A DNA stretch of 64,000 nt from Verrucomicrobiota bacterium (lineage in GTDB: Bacteria; Verrucomicrobiota; Verrucomicrobiia; JABWAM01), in the NCBI GenBank assembly GCA_016198745.1, contig JACQHZ010000291.1:819-64818 (forward strand), written 5' to 3'. Below the pieces are notes generated by a model. The model did not search any database and was not told the origin of the DNA. It worked only from the letters and a program-made list of their open reading frames with translations. Positions 8,273 to 17,788 of this stretch are shown here, one piece after another. Numbering within the stretch: position 1 is the first letter of the stretch; each line of letters starts with the position of its first letter. A program made the position numbers and the translations under genes.

Positions 8273-9394
8273 ATGAAAATGCAGAGCATACCCAAGTACA
8301 AAGAGATCGTTGCCAACCTGCAGCGGCAAATCATGAGTGGCGCGCTGCGCGAGGGACAGGAACTGCCGACCTATCGCGCCCTGATGGCTGAACATGACGT
8401 CACGGTCACCGTCGTCCGGCAGGCAATGCAAGTGCTTCAAGCCAACGGGGTTGTCGAGTCGGTTCCAAGAATTGGTTGTCGGGTGGCGCCCGTACCTGTG
8501 AGGCGGCGGCTGATCGGCTTGGTGTTGCTAGGGTTTTCCGAATCGCCCCACTACCTTGAGCAGATCAAGTTGTTGCACGACGAGCTTGAACGGGTGAGGT
8601 GCGATCTGGCGATCAAGTTCGTTGCAAAGACAGATGAATCGACTCTCGATGCTTGTGGCGACTGGACACGACGCTTGGATGGCGTGCTCTTGGCAGGGCG
8701 CGTACCGATGTGGGCGGCGCAACGCATGGTGAATATCGGTGTTCCCCTGGTGCAAATCGGGGAATTGACCGATGCGCCATTCCCGGCGGGCCTCAGCGCG
8801 GTCACGATCGATTTGCCGAGCCTGGTGCGCCTGGCGGTGAGTCATCTGGTGAGCAGTGGGCATCGCCGCATCGCATTCGACAGCGGGTACGGCTCACGGT
8901 ACTACGATCTTCTGCGCGAAGCATTCGATCGTTGCCGGGCGGAGTTTGGAATCGATGGACTGTGGATATTTCCTGCCGCCGGCGGCTCGCGGGCCTCTGG
9001 CGAGCAGATCGTGCAACAACTGGCGGAGCGGGAGGATCCCCCGACGGCGATTCTGTCGGAAGAAGGAGGTTATGCTTCCCGGTTGGTTGAACTGCTTCAG
9101 GCCAACGGCTGGCCGGTACCCGAACGGATCAGTGTCCTGGCGATCACGGCGTCCACTCAGTCTGCCCTTGTAAGGCGGGACCTGAGCAGTATTTTGACAT
9201 CAACGCGCGAGTTGATTCTCCGGGCCGTTGAAATCCTGAACGACCAACTGGGCAATTCCATTTCCACCGTCCGAGTGGAACGATTAGTCGCGCGCTACGT
9301 GCCCGGAAACACGTGTCGGGTTATGGCAACACCCACTTTGGGTTCTCAAACCGTTCTGATCTCCGAAAAAACAACAACCAACCCAAAAGGATGA
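8273..9394 (+). CDS. Transcriptional regulator: GntR-type winged HTH fused to a LacI-type periplasmic-binding-protein-like sugar-binding domain
   Basis: The N-terminus (KYKEIVANLQRQIMSGALREGQELPTYRALMAEHDVTVTVVRQAMQVLQANGVV) is a GntR HTH. The C-terminal 270 aa have the PBP type-1 pattern. The start MKMQS at 8273 is preferred over 8246. Confidence 0.75.
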   Translation: MKMQSIPKYKEIVANLQRQIMSGALREGQELPTYRALMAEHDVTVTVVRQAMQVLQANGVVESVPRIGCRVAPVPVRRRLIGLVLLGFSESPHYLEQIKLLHDELERVRCDLAIKFVAKTDESTLDACGDWTRRLDGVLLAGRVPMWAAQRMVNIGVPLVQIGELTDAPFPAGLSAVTIDLPSLVRLAVSHLVSSGHRRIAFDSGYGSRYYDLLREAFDRCRAEFGIDGLWIFPAAGGSRASGEQIVQQLAEREDPPTAILSEEGGYASRLVELLQANGWPVPERISVLAITASTQSALVRRDLSSILTSTRELILRAVEILNDQLGNSISTVRVERLVARYVPGNTCRVMATPTLGSQTVLISEKTTTNPKG

Positions 9395-9398
9395 CGCA

Positions 9399-10679
9399 AT
9401 GAATTCCGCAGCCCTTTACCCATGGTCTCAAACGCTGGCGCAAGAATATGCCGTTGTTGCCAGAGCGCCAGACGATACGGAGGATCGCTATTGGTTTTTT
9501 TTAAACATTGGTTTTGCCGCCCTTTCAGATGGCACCCTGCTGGCCGCGGGATCGCATGTCGTTGTGGGCCCCGGTGCGGTGACTGCGGATGGCACCAGCG
9601 ATTGTTGCGTCGTCATCGCGCGAAGTGCGGACCATGGGAAGACCTGGACGGAGACCGCGCGAATTCCCTTTCGCAATCGACCAGAAGTCACGCTGTATAC
9701 CCGAGAGAACATCGCGTACCTGATAGCCGGACTCAGCAGAAAGGAGGGGGTGATCATGGCGGCGGCCAGCAAAGACAAGGGGGCCACCTGGAGCCAACCG
9801 ACGCCGATCATCCGTTGGTCAAAGAAGGGCGCCACTGGAACCGGAAAAGGCGGAAACGACAAGTCGGGGAGTTGGGAAGTTCCCACGGAAGCCGTTTCAA
9901 AGGACGATCACTGGTATGCCACCAATCAGACGGCCATGGTCGAAAAGGACGATCGCCTTTACTTGGCGGTGGGCGAAAACTGTCAAACCATGGGCGTGGC
10001 GGTCTGCGATTTGGCAAAGGGACTCCTGAATCCACAGGCTTGGCGAATCACCGATCAGGTGGAGATGCCGATTCCCAAGGAACTGAATCCGGGCCTTTTT
10101 CCCGGTCCTGCCATGCGCTGTTTAGAAGGCAATATCATTTTAATCAAAGACCGGCTGCGGGTGCTGGCCCGGGCGGTGATAGACCGGTACGGCACCGCGA
10201 ACCTGGCGGCCGTCTTCGACCTGGAGGACAACGGCGAAAAGGTGAAGCTGTCGTTTACGCAATTCTATCCCATTCCCGGCGGACAGGGGAAGTTTTTCAT
10301 CATCTATGATGAGCGGTCCCGGTTGTATTGGATGGCATCCAACTTACCGGCCAACACGCAAGGCTGGGTGGAATCGCCGGCCGGCGCCCCCCGTGGAAAT
10401 GACCGGCGGTTTCTCATGCTGTGGTATGCGTGCGATGCCCTCAATTGGTTTCCGGCCGGCTGCATTGCCAGGACGGAGAAACTGACGGAATCTTTCATGT
10501 ATCCAGTGATGATCATTGAAAACGATGACCTGGCGATCCTGGTGAGGACCTCCGTGCGCTATTCCGGCCGGCAGGCGGAGAACAGGGCCAAGAATGGTTT
10601 TCACGATGCGAACCGGATGACCTTTCACCGAGTCCGTAACTTTCGTTCGTTGGCCATGAATATCTTGCCGCAAGCCTGA
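9399..10679 (+). CDS. BNR/Asp-box repeat sialidase-like protein
   Basis: 426 aa with Asp-boxes SADHGKTW and SKDKGATW. Cytoplasmic or periplasmic location is unclear because there is no obvious signal peptide. Confidence 0.6.
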   Translation: MNSAALYPWSQTLAQEYAVVARAPDDTEDRYWFFLNIGFAALSDGTLLAAGSHVVVGPGAVTADGTSDCCVVIARSADHGKTWTETARIPFRNRPEVTLYTRENIAYLIAGLSRKEGVIMAAASKDKGATWSQPTPIIRWSKKGATGTGKGGNDKSGSWEVPTEAVSKDDHWYATNQTAMVEKDDRLYLAVGENCQTMGVAVCDLAKGLLNPQAWRITDQVEMPIPKELNPGLFPGPAMRCLEGNIILIKDRLRVLARAVIDRYGTANLAAVFDLEDNGEKVKLSFTQFYPIPGGQGKFFIIYDERSRLYWMASNLPANTQGWVESPAGAPRGNDRRFLMLWYACDALNWFPAGCIARTEKLTESFMYPVMIIENDDLAILVRTSVRYSGRQAENRAKNGFHDANRMTFHRVRNFRSLAMNILPQA

Positions 10680-10683
10680 GTTG

Positions 10684-12162
10684 ATGAGCTTTACACTATT
10701 ACCCACCCCCCGGAACACGGCAATGGGTGACACGATCATCGCGTTGGGGCCGGGGTCGCCCATCACGGTTCCCGAAGGAACAAGCGATTGGGAGCGTCAG
10801 GCGCTTGGCGAACTGGCGCAACACGGTTCGGGCATCACGCCGTTGCGGGTGCGCCACGATGCAGATTTGGTTGCGGAGGGATACCGTTTGGAGGTGTCGC
10901 CGGAGGCGGTCGAGTTGTCGGCGGGTGACGCCCGCGGGCGACGGTACGGCATCGAGCGCCTGCGACAGATGACCGCGAACGGCCTCGTCAAAACCGGAAG
11001 GATCGTGGACTCACCCTCTCTGGGAATGCGCGGTTATCATCTGAATCTCAGCCTTTCCACCATCGGTTTCAATGAGGGCATGCGGCTTCTGGATTCCATG
11101 GCGAACTGGCGGTTGAACACGGTGCTGGTGGAGTATAACGCCCGGTACCCCTACAAGAAACATCACGCTATGTCGGCGCCGGATGCGCTGCAACGGGAAC
11201 AGGTGTGCGAGTTGGTCAGCCATGCGCAGGCGCTGAATATCGAGGTGATCCCGTTGCATCAATGCCTGGGGCATGTCGAATATATCCTCAATCACGATGC
11301 CTATGCCCATCTGCGTGAAGAGGACGAGCATCGGGACCAATGGTGTCCGCTGAAGAAGGAGTCGCTGGCGCTGTTCAAGGAGTGCGTGGACGACTTTGTC
11401 GAACTGCATCCGGGCATTCGCTACTTCCACATGGGCGGCGACGAAGCCCGTCGGCTGGGAACCTGCCCCAAGTGCGCCAAGGAGACTGAGGCGCATGGCA
11501 AAGGCCGTCTGTACGTGGATTTCGTGACAAAAGCCGCCGAATACGTGCTGTCTCTGGGTTTGACGCCGATTGTCTGGGACGATATGCTCTGCACACACAG
11601 CGAGGTGATTGAGCAGATGCCGCGCGAGATCGTCATCATGTACTGGGACTACTGGACCGTAAACGATCCCTGCGCCATCTTCGTTGCGCGTCCGGAAAAT
11701 GGACTCGGCGTCGTGACGGATAGGCGCTGGTTGGGACCCTGGCGCGCAGAACTCGGCGAGGTGGAACAGCGCATGATCGCGCATTTTGCCAAGCCCATGG
11801 ATTTCCAGACGGAGCTATCGCCGGCGTTTTGTGCGAAATTCGGCAAGTATTTGGGTAATCAATTCCCCAAGCGCATCCGGGCGTTTCCCTATATCGAGTT
11901 TTACCAGGACCTGGGATTCAAGGTCATTGGCGCGGCGGCCGGCGGCAGCAACACCAGCGCCTGGCATGGCCTCCCCGACTGGCCTCGTTACGGGGACAAC
12001 ATCCGCGTCTTCTGCCGGCGGCTGCACGAGGCCGGTTCGCTGGGGGTGGTGACAACGGCGTGGTACAATTTCCCGCCCGAAGCCATGTTGCCGGCATTGA
12101 TGTATACGGGACAATTTGCCTGGAATGTGGCGATAACAGGGGAGTGTTGCGCAAAATTGTGA
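10684..12162 (+). CDS. GH20 family beta-N-acetylhexosaminidase
   Basis: Contains the HMGGDE catalytic motif and an RGYHLNLS (R-x-x-HLD-like) region, with overall (beta/alpha)8 order. The ORF table starts at TTG 10681; ATG 10684 is used here. Confidence 0.8.
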   Translation: MSFTLLPTPRNTAMGDTIIALGPGSPITVPEGTSDWERQALGELAQHGSGITPLRVRHDADLVAEGYRLEVSPEAVELSAGDARGRRYGIERLRQMTANGLVKTGRIVDSPSLGMRGYHLNLSLSTIGFNEGMRLLDSMANWRLNTVLVEYNARYPYKKHHAMSAPDALQREQVCELVSHAQALNIEVIPLHQCLGHVEYILNHDAYAHLREEDEHRDQWCPLKKESLALFKECVDDFVELHPGIRYFHMGGDEARRLGTCPKCAKETEAHGKGRLYVDFVTKAAEYVLSLGLTPIVWDDMLCTHSEVIEQMPREIVIMYWDYWTVNDPCAIFVARPENGLGVVTDRRWLGPWRAELGEVEQRMIAHFAKPMDFQTELSPAFCAKFGKYLGNQFPKRIRAFPYIEFYQDLGFKVIGAAAGGSNTSAWHGLPDWPRYGDNIRVFCRRLHEAGSLGVVTTAWYNFPPEAMLPALMYTGQFAWNVAITGECCAKL

Positions 12163-12168
12163 ATTGGG

Positions 12169-15100
12169 ATGAACGCGCGCGCCTTATTCATTCTGCTCAT
12201 AATCTCTGAAACTCCTCATTTGACGGCCGCTCCGCCGCCATCTCCCCCGATGGAGCTTGCCTCGCAGATTCTTTTGACGGGGCAGGCCAGCAAAACAAAT
12301 GGCGTGATCCTGGTGGAGGAGAAATTGGCTAACCTGGTATTCGGCAATCAACAATCCAGCGGGTACCGTTGCGAAGTCCAATTGCGGCTGACGGCCAATA
12401 AGGCGCCGCTGCAAATCGCGGCCCTTCCCGAGGATCCAGCCGACGTCAACAAAGCGGCCGCTTTGCGAATCGATCTGCTTCGCGATAATGATGGCGCGAC
12501 TCTTACGGTCCAGCGTTACGAGTGGGATCCGGAACATAGCCGCTGGCAAAAAATGGACGAAGGCAGCAGGGTTCTGAATTACCTGCCTTCACCCAAGGAC
12601 AAAATGGCTTTGGCCAATGTGGACCGCGACCATTTGCGACCCGTCGGTTGGCGGGACCGGTGGCTGGACTTGCGGGTGGAGGCAACTGATCGCCAAATCG
12701 ACATCTGGCTGGATGGGTTGCTTCTGAACCACTTTGATCTGCCGAAGCCCCGGTCCGGTCCGGTTCGCGTAACCGTGGCCAAAGGCGACCAAGTGAGGAA
12801 GGTCATGTTCGTCCCGCTCGTGGACGGGGCGCGATTCTTGACGGCGGATATCGCGCGACAAGTGGGTGATGGAACCGAACCCCTGCCGTCCGCCACCAGG
12901 ATTGAGCAGGACGGCGTGCCGTTCATCCTGCTGGATGATGGAAAGCAAGTCATCGATGTGGGCAAGGCTTTTTGGTCCGAGTGCGATCGCGATCCCAGTT
13001 CCTACAACGAGGCCTATGACAATGGTCCGGTTTTTCTTTTCGACCCGCGGATGCCACTGCTCCGGGTTCCCGTGGCGGATTATGCGGCAGTACACCTTCT
13101 GGCGGTGGCCAAGGATGATGCCAACACCGTTCCCGTCCTGACCCTGCGGGCGGGACAATACGGTGGCCGCGGTCAGGTCGTCCAGCATGACTTCCCGACT
13201 TCGGTGCCCCGGCAAGGGGAGTTGGCACGGCTGGCGCCCGGGCGGATCGTTCAAAGCGCCGGCGGGGCTTTTGCGCATATTCGAGTCCCTTTCCCAGTGG
13301 CTTTTGCGCAGGATCTCCAGCGGGTAATGGAGATTGAACTGACCAAGGAAGTGCGGCTGGCGCGGCGGCGGCCGGATCCCGCCCGCTACCGGTACCGGCC
13401 ACTGGGACTGCCCAGCGGGGTTCGGGTGGCGGCGGTAACCTTGGAGCGTAGTCCTCTCCAAATGCGCGTGACCAGCGAGGAGCCTGGGCATGCCTTTGTC
13501 GATCCCGTCTGCCCGGAATTTACCGTAACCCTAAGCTCCCTGGCGCCGGTGCCTCAGGCTTTCGCGCTCCAAGCCGTCGCTACTCCTCTCGACGGGGAGA
13601 CCATAAAAGTCGATCGGCGTGGAAAAATTGAGTCAGGCCAAACCACCCATATCCAATTGCCGATCCCGGTCGGCCGGCGTGGATGTTACAATTTGGCGGT
13701 GACGTTGACCGTGGGCGAGGGAGAACCGACTCTGACGCGCCATACGAGTTTTGCGCTTTTGCCGCCAGATACGCGGCAGCATCGCGATTCGTCTCCTTTT
13801 GGCACGTGGGATTTCAGCGGCGCCCACTTCACTTGTCCCAAACCGGATCTGGTTGGAGCGCTTTATAAAAAAGCGGGGCTTCGTTATGGAATGTTTAGTT
13901 TCACTTCCGCGGATCGTAAAAAGTGGGGAGTTGCACAGGGAAGGGAACCCAAACTGATGGATAGCGCCGATGCCTACCGCAAGTGGTTGCAGGAGAATCC
14001 GGATGGCCTGCCGGTCGCGTTGCTTTTGCATGAGCATGCAATCTCGGGAGGCCACGCGATGCGGGTGCCCGACATCTTTCACGACCGGGCTCCGTATCAA
14101 TTGAACGAGATCGAAAAGCAGCGGTTTGAGGGGATTTGGAAATTGGCCGAGACCATGGCAACGATGATGCGCGCGAATTTTCCCAACGTGGCGCTCCGTC
14201 TTGGCAACGGTCCGCTGCCGACAAAAGAGGAGTTCTTGCGACGGAAGTTTCCGAAGGAGCTGTTTGATGCCTTGGGCAATGAAGCGGGGGTCTTTGGGCG
14301 ACCACCTGAAGCGCAACCTCCTGACTATGTTGCGAACAACGCCAGCCTTTGGATGGATCATGAGCTTCTCAAAGCCTATGGCTACCCGGATAAGAAGGTC
14401 GTTCAGTGCTATGAGATCTGTTATCCGAGCACAAATCCTGGCAACCTGTCACCATGCACGCAAGCCGCGTATTTTGTCCGCCATGCGATGCACTCTTTGG
14501 CCTGGGGAGTCCCCGAGGTTCGCTTCGGCATCATCTGCGATTCAGGGAGCAGCTACCGTTTTAGCAACTGGGGCGCAAGCGGTCTCGTGCGTTCATGGCC
14601 GGAGTTGAACGTCAAACCGTCGTTTGTCGCGGTCGCCACCATGACCCGGGTCCTGGACGGCGCGAAGTTTGTCCGTGAACTCGATTTGAATAGCTTGAGC
14701 CTGTATGGGGTTGAATTTCGTCGTCAGGATGGCAAATGCGTCTTGGTGCTGTGGACGATTCGCGGTTCTCGTCCGGTACGTTTTACTGTATCGGGTGGCA
14801 ACTGGGCGTTTACGAACGAACAAGGGCATGCCACGCCACTGGTTGCCAAAGACGGACCTTTGGATGTGACGCTTACGCCGTCGCCTCTTTATTTGATTGG
14901 TAACGGCGAAATCAATAAAGCCGAGCCAGGCGCGCCGAAGTACCCGGACGAGTTGCGGGGCCGAGTGTCTGAACTGGCGGCGCTGAGTTCCCTTGACGGG
15001 TGGAAGGTTGAGACGGAGCGCAACCCTGTGCTTGAATATCACAATTTCATGACGCCGCGGCGGAAGGGCGATTTCCGATTTGAGCCGGTGGCGGAATTTG

Positions 15101-15720
15101 CGGGCGAGAAGAACGTTTTGCGCGTCAACCCGCAATCAATCACGATTGGAAAGGTGACGATGCCAATGTACTCGGTGTTGCGCCACGACAAGGGAATACC
15201 GGTGCCCGGTGAACCAACCGAAATCGGCTTGTGGGTCAATGGCAACAGCAGTTGGGGACGGATCATTTTTGAACTGCAAGACGCCTCAGGCCAGGCATGG
15301 ACTTCCATCGGCGCGCCTCAAAAAGGCGATCTCTCGCCGTGGCTGTTGGATTGGATGCCGAAGGAGATGCTCGCCAGCGATAAGAAAACGACGCAAGCCG
15401 ATTGGAATACGGACGATGTGTTCGGGGTTAGTCGCATCGATTTTGACGGCTGGCGATATGTTGGTTTCCCGTTGCCGGGCAATTATCCCGGCGAACATTA
15501 TCCATGGCCCGGTTCAAGCCAGTGGCGTTACGATGGCGATGGGATTGTTCATTATCCATTGGTTTTACGGGCATTGATTGTGGAACTGCCGGAAAAGACG
15601 CTTCATCTGACGAAATATGCGCCTGCGCCCCGACCCGAGATTTATGTCAAACGCCTGGTGGCGGTCCAAGGTGAGACGCCGGGCGTGAAGCACACCGTCA
15701 GCGAATGGGAACAACCCTGA
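12169..15720 (+). CDS. Large secreted hypothetical protein (1183 aa), candidate novel CAZyme
   Basis: Signal peptide MNARALFILLIISETPHLTAAP. Uninterrupted ORF with protein-like composition. It is the last gene of the regulator-BNR-GH20 operon. I recognise no catalytic motif. Confidence 0.65.
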   Translation: MNARALFILLIISETPHLTAAPPPSPPMELASQILLTGQASKTNGVILVEEKLANLVFGNQQSSGYRCEVQLRLTANKAPLQIAALPEDPADVNKAAALRIDLLRDNDGATLTVQRYEWDPEHSRWQKMDEGSRVLNYLPSPKDKMALANVDRDHLRPVGWRDRWLDLRVEATDRQIDIWLDGLLLNHFDLPKPRSGPVRVTVAKGDQVRKVMFVPLVDGARFLTADIARQVGDGTEPLPSATRIEQDGVPFILLDDGKQVIDVGKAFWSECDRDPSSYNEAYDNGPVFLFDPRMPLLRVPVADYAAVHLLAVAKDDANTVPVLTLRAGQYGGRGQVVQHDFPTSVPRQGELARLAPGRIVQSAGGAFAHIRVPFPVAFAQDLQRVMEIELTKEVRLARRRPDPARYRYRPLGLPSGVRVAAVTLERSPLQMRVTSEEPGHAFVDPVCPEFTVTLSSLAPVPQAFALQAVATPLDGETIKVDRRGKIESGQTTHIQLPIPVGRRGCYNLAVTLTVGEGEPTLTRHTSFALLPPDTRQHRDSSPFGTWDFSGAHFTCPKPDLVGALYKKAGLRYGMFSFTSADRKKWGVAQGREPKLMDSADAYRKWLQENPDGLPVALLLHEHAISGGHAMRVPDIFHDRAPYQLNEIEKQRFEGIWKLAETMATMMRANFPNVALRLGNGPLPTKEEFLRRKFPKELFDALGNEAGVFGRPPEAQPPDYVANNASLWMDHELLKAYGYPDKKVVQCYEICYPSTNPGNLSPCTQAAYFVRHAMHSLAWGVPEVRFGIICDSGSSYRFSNWGASGLVRSWPELNVKPSFVAVATMTRVLDGAKFVRELDLNSLSLYGVEFRRQDGKCVLVLWTIRGSRPVRFTVSGGNWAFTNEQGHATPLVAKDGPLDVTLTPSPLYLIGNGEINKAEPGAPKYPDELRGRVSELAALSSLDGWKVETERNPVLEYHNFMTPRRKGDFRFEPVAEFAGEKNVLRVNPQSITIGKVTMPMYSVLRHDKGIPVPGEPTEIGLWVNGNSSWGRIIFELQDASGQAWTSIGAPQKGDLSPWLLDWMPKEMLASDKKTTQADWNTDDVFGVSRIDFDGWRYVGFPLPGNYPGEHYPWPGSSQWRYDGDGIVHYPLVLRALIVELPEKTLHLTKYAPAPRPEIYVKRLVAVQGETPGVKHTVSEWEQP

Positions 15721-15846
15721 CCCGCAGAGTATGGAACCCATGTCGCAGGAGCTTCTGATAACGGACATGCGCTGCGCGCGCGGACACACACCAGATGATT
15801 TTCTTTTGCCTCCCAATGCAGATACCTGAGATGTTACAAAAGAACA

Positions 15847-16230
15847 ATGGAAACCTACGACCCATTGACAGACCCCGAACCCACGGTATGGCAGGCGATG
15901 GATGAGGATGAACGACTCAGTCTTATCGAGGAGTTCCACAAGCAAGCGAGAATCCGAATGCCGAATCGTCGTCTCCACGCCACGCTTCACACGGTCGTGG
16001 AGAACCAAGTGGCCATGGGCGATGAAACACCGGTCAAGGCGGCGCTGGCGCGCTTGATGACGGAGGGTCTCGACCGACACGACGCCATCCATGCCATCGG
16101 CTGCGTTCTGGCCGAGCACCTGCACGGAATGATGACCAGCGCAAGGCCTGATGACCCGAATGCGGAGTACTTCAAACGGGTTCGGGAACTGACAGCCGAC
16201 GAATGGAGAGATATTGGACGCACACCATAA
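15847..16230 (+). CDS. Small cytoplasmic protein, DUF1841-like
   Basis: 127 aa. The pattern DPEPTVWQAMDEDERLSLIEEFH...LHATLHTVVENQV resembles DUF1841 proteins. Weak call. Confidence 0.35.
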   Translation: METYDPLTDPEPTVWQAMDEDERLSLIEEFHKQARIRMPNRRLHATLHTVVENQVAMGDETPVKAALARLMTEGLDRHDAIHAIGCVLAEHLHGMMTSARPDDPNAEYFKRVRELTADEWRDIGRTP

Positions 16231-16612
16231 GATGTTCGTAACTGCTCAGGTTGCCAGAGCCTGCCCCCGCGAAAGCGAGGGGTTCACCGTTCAGGGTTCA
16301 GGGTTGGTTGCGTTTCGCTGCTCATCCATCTTCAGGTAGTGATCCTGTACAACAATGTTCAAGAATCGCGCTTTTTCGATAAGAAATTTTTACCACGGAG
16401 AATACGGGGGCACGGAGAAAAATCGGCGAACTCTCAGACCAGAGGTTTCCGCCACGCGTCCGCCTGGGGCGAACGCGTGGCGAAAACTCTCCTCGGTTGG
16501 AGAAGGATGGAGGAATCTCCGTGCCTCCGCCTGCCTGTGCCGCGGCAGACAGGTGGTTCAATGTTTTTCCTCCGGATTGGGTTGTGGCTATGCCGCGCTG
16601 GGCAGTTACCGT

Positions 16613-17650
16613 TCAGAAGTTGTCCGTGCCGCTCCAGAAAAGGAATCCCTGCGCTCGCAGGAAATCGGCGAGCGCGTCGCTCCCGATAACGCGGTGCGGG
16701 AAGGTCGGCGAACGTCGCAGCAGGCGGACCATGCCGCCATATTGTTCGGCCAGTTCGATCCGCAGCGGGGACTGCTTTTCCAGATCCTCGCTGCGCGGAA
16801 AGATGGCCGCCCAGCGGCGCTCCCATTCCGGCGACCAGAAATTGAGCGCAACCTTGCGCTGGCGCAACGCATGTCTCGCCACCGCCGCGAGAACAGGTTT
16901 CCAGGAAGCCTGGTCACGCGCTGCAACTTCGACCACGGTCTTCCGGTCGGGCGCGACAAGAAAATAACCGGCCGTATTTCCTTGGATTTGAACCACGCAA
17001 ATCGTGAAGCGCGGCACCCATTTTGAGCCGTGCGGGGTCTGGCGATGGCGCAGCCAATCGGACCAGTATTCCCGGTTGCGCACCGCGCCGCCCCAGCCGC
17101 CGCGATTGGAAAACGCATAGCAAGTCTGGAGAAACGAAACGTCGCTTTCCCATCGCACGGCGCGCACCCGCACCTGGCGCGCGATGGGATCAAAGCATTT
17201 TGACTCGAAATGAATCGTCGCCTTCCATGCTGGAACGATTCGATAACCCGATCCGCCATAGACCTTCGGATTACCGAACAGAAATGCAAAATCGAATTTG
17301 CGCCGCGCCATCCAGGCGTGCGAAAACGCCAACAGCTTGCGGATCAATCCGCGCCCGCGCCAGGCCGGCCGCGTGAAGACATTGCCGATGCATCCCGCGC
17401 GCGCGACGCCGGCGCCCGCGCGGAGGCGGCGCTCGAAAACATGCAAGCCCGACGCAATCCTGCCGTCAACGGTGACGACGTGCGTGTGCGCCGCTGTGGT
17501 TCCCGGATCGCGCCTCAAAGTTTCCAACGCCCAGTCCGGGTTCTGCTTGAACGCGCCGCCGTACTGGCGGAACGACTCGGCCATTGCCTCGGCAATCGCC
17601 GCAATCTCGGTAGCGCGCGCCTCACGAACGCGAATGGATTCCGTCTTCAT
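16613..17650 (-). CDS. GNAT family N-acetyltransferase (Eis-like, with C-terminal extension)
   Basis: 345 aa. The N-terminal GNAT fold signature is IRVREARATEIAAIAEAMAESF...GIGNVFTRPAWRGRGLIRKLL. Its first 70 codons are duplicated at 40130-40344. Confidence 0.7.
   Translation of the reverse strand: MKTESIRVREARATEIAAIAEAMAESFRQYGGAFKQNPDWALETLRRDPGTTAAHTHVVTVDGRIASGLHVFERRLRAGAGVARAGCIGNVFTRPAWRGRGLIRKLLAFSHAWMARRKFDFAFLFGNPKVYGGSGYRIVPAWKATIHFESKCFDPIARQVRVRAVRWESDVSFLQTCYAFSNRGGWGGAVRNREYWSDWLRHRQTPHGSKWVPRFTICVVQIQGNTAGYFLVAPDRKTVVEVAARDQASWKPVLAAVARHALRQRKVALNFWSPEWERRWAAIFPRSEDLEKQSPLRIELAEQYGGMVRLLRRSPTFPHRVIGSDALADFLRAQGFLFWSGTDNF
17440..17650 (-). repeat. Direct repeat copy A (5' 210 bp of GNAT gene)
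   Basis: About 85-90% nucleotide identity to 40130-40344 in the same orientation. Homology begins exactly at the ATG and ends after codon 70 or so. Confidence 0.7.
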
Positions 17651-17788
17651 GTTCGACGAATGGTAGTGCGCAACCTCCCTAAAATGGAATCATAAATCCT
17701 TCGGCTGTTGCTCGACACGGATCGCGCCCGAGAACCATCGGTCGCGTGGACGGCACCGCCGCGTGGACGGATTCGATGGATTTGATTT

